Below are positions 26,814 through 32,000 of a stretch of DNA of 32,000 nt, one piece after another; position 1 is the first letter of the stretch; each line of letters starts with the position of its first letter. This DNA comes from Nostoc punctiforme PCC 73102 (GTDB taxonomy: Bacteria > Cyanobacteriota > Cyanobacteriia > Cyanobacteriales > Nostocaceae), in contig NC_010628.1 of the NCBI RefSeq assembly GCF_000020025.1, positions 840,001 to 872,000 on the forward strand, given 5' to 3'. Position numbers and translations under genes: made by a program. The notes below the pieces were generated by a model, which was not told the origin of the DNA, searched no databases, and worked only from the letters and a program-made list of their open reading frames with translations.

Positions 26814-27471
26814 GGTAAGTGAGCGTGAATAATTCAAGGTTTTTAGTCACGGCTAGAGTTGCTTACTAAGAACCAATTTAATTGAATTTACATTACGTAA
26901 TATAGTTTGATTTATTCTTGCCCACTTACCAAAATTAACTTTGGTGAATCAGCACTATAAATACTCTTGCTCAAGGGAAAACAACAATAGGATCGCCTGC
27001 ATCCCAATCTCAAATCAAATTCTAAAAACAAGCTTAAATTTCTCTAAAGTATTATCTAACTTCACAAAAATTAATAAATATGGTTTCGGCATCGTATCAG
27101 AATGTGTAAAGGCATTTGATGTAAAAACTTAAATAATTAAAACTAATAAGGATTTAAAGTCTCTATGACCTCTCCTTTTTCACAAAGATGTAAAGTTTTT
27201 TAACATCTGCTGAATTCCTTCTCATAAAAAAATCTAGTTGTTAACTGGGAGATAGTTTGAATAGCTTTTAGACCAGCATCATGATTAGGGTTTGCTCAAT
27301 TCTGCCGTCAGTTGTCATATAGAAAGATATTTAACGCACTTTAAAAAAATAAAGTTTTACAAATGCTAGTCAGTAGCAAAAATAACTGACAACTGAGGCT
27401 AAATTCTACCCATTATGGGGTTAGGATACTCAAAAATTTCATTTAATTCGCGTTTTTAAGGAGATACTTCA

Positions 27472-28230
27472 ATGTCACTATGGGCTATTGATTCACCTAA
27501 TGTTGAACTGCGTCCGAATACCAGCGAAAGTGAATTACAAACACTGATTCGGGCGGTTTACAAACAGGTTTTGGGGAATGCTCACTTGCTAGAAAGTGAG
27601 CGCCTAGCTACTGCTGAATCGCAATTGCGCGATCGCAAAATCAGCGTCCGCGAATTCGTCAACATCGTTGCGAAATCAGAACTCTATCAATCCCTGTTTT
27701 TCAGTTCCTCTTCCCAGTATCGGTTCATTGAACTGAACTTCAAACACCTGCTAGGTCGTGCTCCTGCCGATCAAGCAGAAATCGCCGAACACGTCCGTAT
27801 ATATAACGAACAGGGCTATGATGCTGAGATCGAATCCTATATCGATAGCCAAGAGTATCAGCAGAATTTTGGCGAGAATATTGTTCCTTATCCTCGCAGC
27901 ACTAGCTCCCAAATAGGAATTAAGAATGTTACCTTTAACCGCACCTTTTCCTTATTGAGAGGAGTAGCAAGCAGCGATAGCGATCGCAAAGCCAAACTGA
28001 TCAGCGATATAGGTGCAAATTTACCTACATCCATCAAGCGTCCCGTTGCTGGTTCTAGTGTAAGCAGCACTGGCAAACGCTTCTTGATTAAGGCAGTCAA
28101 AGGTTCAGGTAATCTCCGTACTCGTGTGGGCAACCTTGAATATGTAGTTAACTACAACCAACTGTCTGGACAAGTGCAAAACATTCATAGAACGGGCGGC
28201 AAAATCATCAGTATTACTGAAGTTGCTTAA
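27472..28230 (+). CDS. Phycoerythrin-associated rod linker (CpeC/D/E family): linker domain + C-terminal CpcD-like domain
   Basis: 252 aa with AAGGAG 8 nt upstream of the ATG. The linker domain reads IRAVYKQVLGN...SVREFVNIVAKSELY...FIELNFKHLLGRAP...YIDSQEYQQNFGENIVPY. The CpcD-like end reads RFLIKAV...HRTGGKIISITEV. It lies directly upstream of cpeS-cpeT-cpeR. Confidence 0.88.
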   Translation: MSLWAIDSPNVELRPNTSESELQTLIRAVYKQVLGNAHLLESERLATAESQLRDRKISVREFVNIVAKSELYQSLFFSSSSQYRFIELNFKHLLGRAPADQAEIAEHVRIYNEQGYDAEIESYIDSQEYQQNFGENIVPYPRSTSSQIGIKNVTFNRTFSLLRGVASSDSDRKAKLISDIGANLPTSIKRPVAGSSVSSTGKRFLIKAVKGSGNLRTRVGNLEYVVNYNQLSGQVQNIHRTGGKIISITEVA

Positions 28231-28240
28231 GTAGATGAAT

Positions 28241-28302
28241 GGGGAGTCAGGAGTGGGAGGAGGATAATAACTTCTAACTCCCTACTCCTAACTCCCTACT
28301 CA
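28241..28302 (+). repeat. Imperfect ~20-bp stem-loop built from inverted heptamers, between the linker gene and cpeS
   Basis: GGGGAGTCAGGAGTGGGAGGAGG (28241-28263) faces TAACTCCCTACTCCTAACTCCCTACTCA (28275-28302). The reverse complement of the right arm matches the left arm except for 2-3 positions. Confidence 0.75.
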
Positions 28303-28444
28303 GTACAGGCCAAACGCCCCGATACCGCTAACAGCACTCCCAAGTGCAGTTGTAGTCAAGGAAGCTAGTATATAGACTGGGAGAATAACTATTTAGCCAA
28401 AATATCTTTTGGATTGTAAGCTACTTTTTAAAATCACTTTTCTA

Positions 28445-28981
28445 ATGGAAATTACTGAATTCTTTGAACTTTCAATTGGACGATGGCGATCGCAACGTAG
28501 CGGTCATCATTTGGCATTCGCTCACTTTGAACAAGTGCTGTCTAACATTGACATTGAGTCTCTATCCACCGACGATCCGGCGGTACTATCAATTTGTCAA
28601 TTGTATGACACCGACCCCGGCAGTATCACTCACCCCTTTCGGATGACTTGGAAAGGTGAGTCAGACTGGGACGATAAACCAATCTCTGGTAGTACCGTGC
28701 TGGTGCCAATTCCAGATATAGAAAATCCTTCTAGGGGAAAACTTTTACGCGACCAAGGATACGCTGAGACAATCCCCGCAGTGGGTAAATACCACTTGAG
28801 TGAAGATGGGATTTTTACCCTGCTGACGGAGTATGAACACGCTGCTGCTGAAGAGCGAATTTGGTTTGCCACACCAAATCTGCGATTTCGGGTAGCAACA
28901 ATTAAAACCAGTGATGGTAAAGGTGTGACAACAGCTTCCTTTTCTTCAGAGATTCGCTCTTTGTCTAGTTCAACCAGTTAG
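28445..28981 (+). CDS. cpeS: S-type phycobiliprotein lyase (CpeS/CpcS family)
   Basis: 178 aa from the ATG at 28445 (MEITEFFELSIGRWRSQRSGHH...). It has GKLLRDQGYAE and ERIWFATPNLRFRV blocks, and the synteny is linker-cpeS-cpeT-cpeR. The track ORF starts at an upstream TTG. Confidence 0.85.
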   Translation: MEITEFFELSIGRWRSQRSGHHLAFAHFEQVLSNIDIESLSTDDPAVLSICQLYDTDPGSITHPFRMTWKGESDWDDKPISGSTVLVPIPDIENPSRGKLLRDQGYAETIPAVGKYHLSEDGIFTLLTEYEHAAAEERIWFATPNLRFRVATIKTSDGKGVTTASFSSEIRSLSSSTS

Positions 28982-29038
28982 TAATATCAGGTTAAAACAT
29001 AGAAGGAATCATCTAGTTTGTCACTACCGAGATTGAAT

Positions 29039-29668
29039 ATGACAATAGCACCCAGTGAATCTAGCAGCAACGCTAGTGATTTGCTCACCTTAGCCTGTTG
29101 GATGTCAGGAGATTTTAGCAACTACAAGCAATCTTTTGCAAATCCCCAACTTTACGCCCACATTCACATTTTTTTTCGTCCTTTACCGATTGAATTTTTT
29201 TCTGCCATCGGTTTTTATTCAGAACAAGCTTATGACCACGATTTATGGACACCCTACCGCCAAGGAGTACATAAACTGGTAGATTGTAGCGATCGCATTT
29301 ATATCGAAAATTACAGCTTGAAAGACCAGATGCTTTATGCAGGTGCGGCTCGTGAATTAGATATCCTCAAAACTATCACCCCAGATTGTATCGAACGGCG
29401 TTATAACTGTTCGATGGTTTTTATGCGAGAGGGTGAAATGTTTCGGGGTAGCGTGGAACCGGGTAATCAATGTCTGATTAACCGCAATGGCTGCCAGACA
29501 TATCTAGTCAGTGACGTAGAAATAACCGAGCATACTTGGATAAGTCTAGATAAAGGTATGGATATTGAAACCCACAAGCAGATATGGGGGTCAACTGCTG
29601 GACCTTTGCGATTTGAAAAACGGGAAAGTTTTGCTGATGAATTACTTGCAGTGAGAGCATTATGTTGA
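29039..29668 (+). CDS. cpeT: T-type phycobiliprotein lyase (CpeT/CpcT family)
   Basis: 209 aa from the ATG at 29039 (MTIAPSES...). The motifs LACWMSGDFSNYKQSFANPQLYAHIHIFFRPLP and FYSEQAYDHDLWTPYRQGVHKL are hallmarks of CpcT/CpeT. Confidence 0.85.
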   Translation: MTIAPSESSSNASDLLTLACWMSGDFSNYKQSFANPQLYAHIHIFFRPLPIEFFSAIGFYSEQAYDHDLWTPYRQGVHKLVDCSDRIYIENYSLKDQMLYAGAARELDILKTITPDCIERRYNCSMVFMREGEMFRGSVEPGNQCLINRNGCQTYLVSDVEITEHTWISLDKGMDIETHKQIWGSTAGPLRFEKRESFADELLAVRALC

Positions 29669-30000
29669 TTCAGCTTGAATCTGTTAAATATAAAAAGTTA
29701 CCTCCACAGGCTGAAAAAAAGATGCGCTGTTGGATTCGTAGTCGGCACTTGATTTGTTCAGGTAACTTTTTTATATTCGAGACATTAGAATATACGACCA
29801 TTGAAAGATTTTCTGAATGTGTCGCTTCTTTAGGAGGAACAGTAATATCCGTTGACCCCATTAATAAAATCTGGATGGGCGCTCATCGCCAAGTAATTTT
29901 ATATCAGGCCAAAGCTAGTTTACATACTCCTCATCATACTTTGAAACAATACTGGATAAAATACGGTGGTTTCTACACTAGATTTGATGAGCGTGTTTAG
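29662..30000 (+). CDS. cpeR: Putative phycoerythrin operon activator CpeR
   Basis: 112 aa. The ATG overlaps the cpeT stop (ATGTTGA). Its size and its position after cpeS-cpeT match the cpeCDESTR arrangement known from Fremyella/Calothrix. The CWIRSRHLICSGNFFIFE...LGG block resembles CpeR as I recall it. Confidence 0.62.
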   Translation: MLIQLESVKYKKLPPQAEKKMRCWIRSRHLICSGNFFIFETLEYTTIERFSECVASLGGTVISVDPINKIWMGAHRQVILYQAKASLHTPHHTLKQYWIKYGGFYTRFDERV

Positions 30001-30060
30001 AGCGACTTTCCTACGGAAATCCTTCTGGCATTTGAATTTTAAATAGTCCCCTTGGGGATT

Positions 30061-30133
30061 GACGGCTAATTGTTAATGTTTAATTGCTAATTATTTACTA
30101 TGATTAGTTGTTACTTATTAACAGTTAGCCGTC
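30061..30133. repeat. 73-nt imperfect palindrome immediately downstream of cpeR
   Basis: GACGGCTAATTGTTAA (30061-30076) faces TTAACAGTTAGCCGTC (30118-30133), 15 of 16 complementary. There is an inner CTAAT/ATTAG stem, and the element contains two TTGTTA hexamers and one TTGCTA. Confidence 0.7.
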
Positions 30134-30650
30134 TAAGTTTGTTAGAAATACATACTGTGCAAAAGAATCCAATACTGCATAGGTTTTGTCTAACAAATAA
30201 ATTTTTATTAATCATTCTTTGATAGTAAATAAACTTACACTGTAGGGGCAATTCATGAAGTGCTCCTACAATATGTATTGTATGTAGTTTATGCAAAAAA
30301 TTATACAAAATATAGATAAATCGAAATTCTCTCTATCTAATTGGTGGTGCAATGTTTACGATGGGCTACACCTACGCAGGCTTTTTTATGTCCTAAAGCA
30401 CCACACCTTATGCAATATTAATTAACGACAACAAGAGAAAACTAAATTTTTTATTATAAACCATTACTAAATCCTTTGAGTAACTATTAATTTTTCATGA
30501 GAGTAAAATCTGTAACCGATAAATACATTTAAGTACAGAGAAAATAATATTCGTGTTTGATTGATAAGTATTTGGCAATTTGGCAGCTACTGATTAGAGT
30601 ATTTTGATATACTGCAGAAATTACCAAGATGTTTTTACTTTTTATACAGA

Positions 30651-30676
30651 AGACGGGCTAATGCCCGTCTTTTTTG
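30651..30676 (+). terminator. Intrinsic terminator T1
   Basis: AGACGGGC-TAAT-GCCCGTCT (8-bp GC-rich stem) followed by TTTTTT. Confidence 0.72.
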
Positions 30677-30876
30677 TTGTTAATTGTTTGGCATTTTGAC
30701 ATTAAATTATAATTAAGCTGTGATATATTAGCTAGAATGCAAATGATTGAAACATTAAGAATAAGCTCAACTAGCATTCTTTTTGTTCATATTATTTGTT
30801 TGTCTTACAACCTATTAAGTTTTATTTGTGCTGTTTTTTGCATATTCCAAGGTGTATTGCCACTTTCAAGCTATTT

Positions 30877-30908
30877 AGACGGGATAAACTATCCCGTCTT
30901 TTATTTTG
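30877..30908 (+). terminator. Intrinsic terminator T2 (stem related to T1)
   Basis: AGACGGGAT-AAACT-ATCCCGTCT (9-bp stem) followed by TTTTATTTTG. It shares the AGACGGG...CCCGTCTTTT core with T1. Confidence 0.62.
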
Positions 30909-30990
30909 TTTACTAGTTGAAAAAATTGCTTTCATGCAAGTTTTGCATGTAAAAATATTTTGAGTTGTTTTACTATCTTTAATATCTAAA

Positions 30991-31036
30991 TTAATCTGCC
31001 ATAGCTTCTAACATCTGGCAGATTAATTTTCTGTTT
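30991..31036 (+). terminator. Stem-loop T3 with U-rich tail (terminator or leader/attenuator hairpin)
   Basis: TTAATCTGCCA (30991-31001) and TGGCAGATTAA (31016-31026) form 11 bp with a 14-nt loop, followed by TTTTCTGTTT. It ends one nt before a GAGG plus ATG. Confidence 0.45.
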
Positions 31037-31046
31037 GAGGTATTCA

Positions 31047-31184
31047 ATGATACTAGAAAAATATCCTATCAGGTTTGAGGATATTTGCACACATCCTATA
31101 GGAAGATGCCCTATGAATATAATAATGAGTAAATTAATTCGGGATGTTGTTATGCACTGGATTTATATAGAGGTTTGGCGGTGA
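31047..31184 (+). CDS. Candidate 45-aa micro-ORF (MILEKYPIRFEDICTHPIGRCPMNIIMSKLIRDVVMHWIYIEVWR)
   Basis: GAGG (31037-31040) lies 6 nt before the ATG, and the TGA stop falls in the loop of terminator T4. Against it, 5 of 8 Ile codons are ATA and it uses AGG/CGG codons, so it may be a non-coding RNA instead. Confidence 0.25.
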   Translation: MILEKYPIRFEDICTHPIGRCPMNIIMSKLIRDVVMHWIYIEVWR

Positions 31185-31199
31185 GCCAAACCTTTTTTT
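31171..31199 (+). terminator. Intrinsic terminator T4
   Basis: AGGTTTGGC-GGTGA-GCCAAACCT (9-bp stem) followed by TTTTTTT. Confidence 0.72.
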
Positions 31200-31302
31200 A
31201 TATCTCCAGAACTCACACAAAAATCGCCAAAAAATTTAATTTATCAGATGGCTCTCTCGTCTTATATGCTGTAAGCTCTATAATGTTTGTCTGCAAGCAA
31301 AA

Positions 31303-32000
31303 TTAAAAACTAAAAGTACTCCGCAGAATGCCGATGGTAACTGAGTCACTATCTGGTGTATTACCAGGCTGCAAGAGATGAATTATTCCTGGTGTAATGC
31401 TAATATTATCTGTTAGCTGGAAACGATAAAATGCCTCAATTTGAGTGGTAGTCCCTGGTTGTCCACCTGCACGTCCTAAACCGGTATTAATAAAATCAGG
31501 GACATTATTCCCCACAGGTAGGTCGCTACTAGTGATTTTAGGAGGTTGACCGACATAAATTCCCCCCAAATTTCCTTTAGCAAATAAATCAGGGAAATTC
31601 ATAAACACCATATAATTCGTCGTTTCTACATTTCCCGATTGCCCAGGAATGTAAGATTTAGTATAACCACCCCACGCACCTGCGCTAATGCGAGGTGAAA
31701 TTTGCCAAGTGACAGTCGCACCCACAGCATTAGTTTGCAAAGGTGCTGATTTTCCGGTAGTGGTATTAACTGTAGTTAAGCATTCATCGCCAACAAAGGT
31801 TAGCAAGCAACCATCCGAAGAATAATTGTTGACGTAATATAAGCTTAAATCTAGAGTGTCAGTTGGTGTTAGCAGCAATTGCACACCAGTAGTTGTGGTT
31901 CCATCGAATAAACCGCTACTGTTACCGGGATTACCTGGTTTATAACTCGTATAAATTGCCTGCAAACTAGCGCGTTTAGCAAATTGCCAATCAATAGCTA
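31303..32000 (-). CDS. OprB-type outer-membrane porin, C-terminal part (gene continues past the right edge)
   Basis: The reading frame stays open upstream of the track's TTG 'start' (...AIDWQFAKRASLQAIYTSY...). The beta-barrel-like Gly/Asn/Thr/aromatic pattern has a C-terminus, ITPGIIHLLQPGN...GILRSTFSF, that parallels the porin at 13958-15733 (ITPGVIWLTSPGQ...GTLRTTFTF). Confidence 0.82.
   Translation of the reverse strand, partial: AIDWQFAKRASLQAIYTSYKPGNPGNSSGLFDGTTTTGVQLLLTPTDTLDLSLYYVNNYSSDGCLLTFVGDECLTTVNTTTGKSAPLQTNAVGATVTWQISPRISAGAWGGYTKSYIPGQSGNVETTNYMVFMNFPDLFAKGNLGGIYVGQPPKITSSDLPVGNNVPDFINTGLGRAGGQPGTTTQIEAFYRFQLTDNISITPGIIHLLQPGNTPDSDSVTIGILRSTFSF

Noticed and set aside
26941-27132. 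63-aa ORF in the AT-rich region upstream of the linker gene; also searched 26814-27471 for RcaC L-box (TTGCACA repeats) and CcaR G-box (CTTTNCNATTT repeats).
   Set aside because: The ORF has a TTG start and Asn/Ile/Lys-rich low complexity. I found no convincing L-box or G-box match by eye, so I call no regulatory site.
28464-28872. ORFs 28464-28646 (plus, alternative frame) and 28630-28872 (minus) within cpeS; 27888-28133 within the linker gene; 26439-26642 within the globin gene; 23703-23894 within the S/U lyase gene.
   Set aside because: All are overlapped by genes with clear family motifs in another frame or strand.
29670-30308. Minus-strand ORFs 29670-29861 (antisense to cpeR) and 30111-30308 (in the gene desert).
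   Set aside because: The first is a shadow of cpeR. The second is AT-rich and low complexity, lacks an ATG and an SD, and spans the palindromic elements.
1-32000. Scanned for tRNA/rRNA genes, transposases/integrases, restriction-modification genes or other defence genes.
   Set aside because: I saw no T-loop GGTTCGAATCC-type motifs in a cloverleaf context and no rRNA-like stretches. No ORF has transposase, integrase or nuclease hallmarks. The window looks like core chromosome plus a pigment-accessory island, not a mobile or defence island.

Overview
This is a chromosomal window from a filamentous Nostoc/Calothrix-type cyanobacterium. The evidence is scattered HIP1 octamers GCGATCGC (e.g. 236-243, 2610-2617, 15742-15749), STRR-type heptamer arrays in intergenic spacers, and cyanobacterial gene content.

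Gene content, left to right:
- A truncated response regulator, then guaA, cbiD, three conserved hypothetical or membrane genes, cp12 and a FIST-domain protein.
- A kdpA-kdpB-kdpG/F-kdpC potassium pump operon with no kdpD/E.
- An SLH/OprB porin, rpsO plus a PAM68-like gene, a DAHP synthase, a small secreted Pro/Arg-rich protein, an HtrA protease and an Ap4A-phosphorylase-like HIT protein.
- A ~8.3 kb phycoerythrin accessory island (21691-30000). It holds pebB and pebA, a CpcS/CpeU-type lyase, a pentapeptide-repeat protein, a small ORF, a HEAT-repeat (CpeZ/NblB-like) protein, an orphan phycobiliprotein paralogue, a PE rod linker, cpeS, cpeT and cpeR.
- A 1.3 kb AT-rich gene desert and the 3' part of a second OprB porin.

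I saw no rRNA, tRNA, CRISPR array, transposase or integrase.

Most interesting observations:
1. Eleven tandem 21-nt mini-hairpin units, preceded by a G-quadruplex-type tract, sit inside the kdpA-kdpB spacer.
2. A HEAT-repeat protein is divergently paired with an N-terminally extended orphan phycobiliprotein that keeps the Cys-x-Arg-Asp bilin site.
3. The desert after cpeR carries four plus-strand intrinsic-terminator hairpins. These imply several short unannotated transcripts, either sRNAs or micro-ORFs.
4. A signal-peptide-bearing Pro/Arg-rich cationic mini-protein.

All family assignments come from motif recognition by eye. No database search was run.
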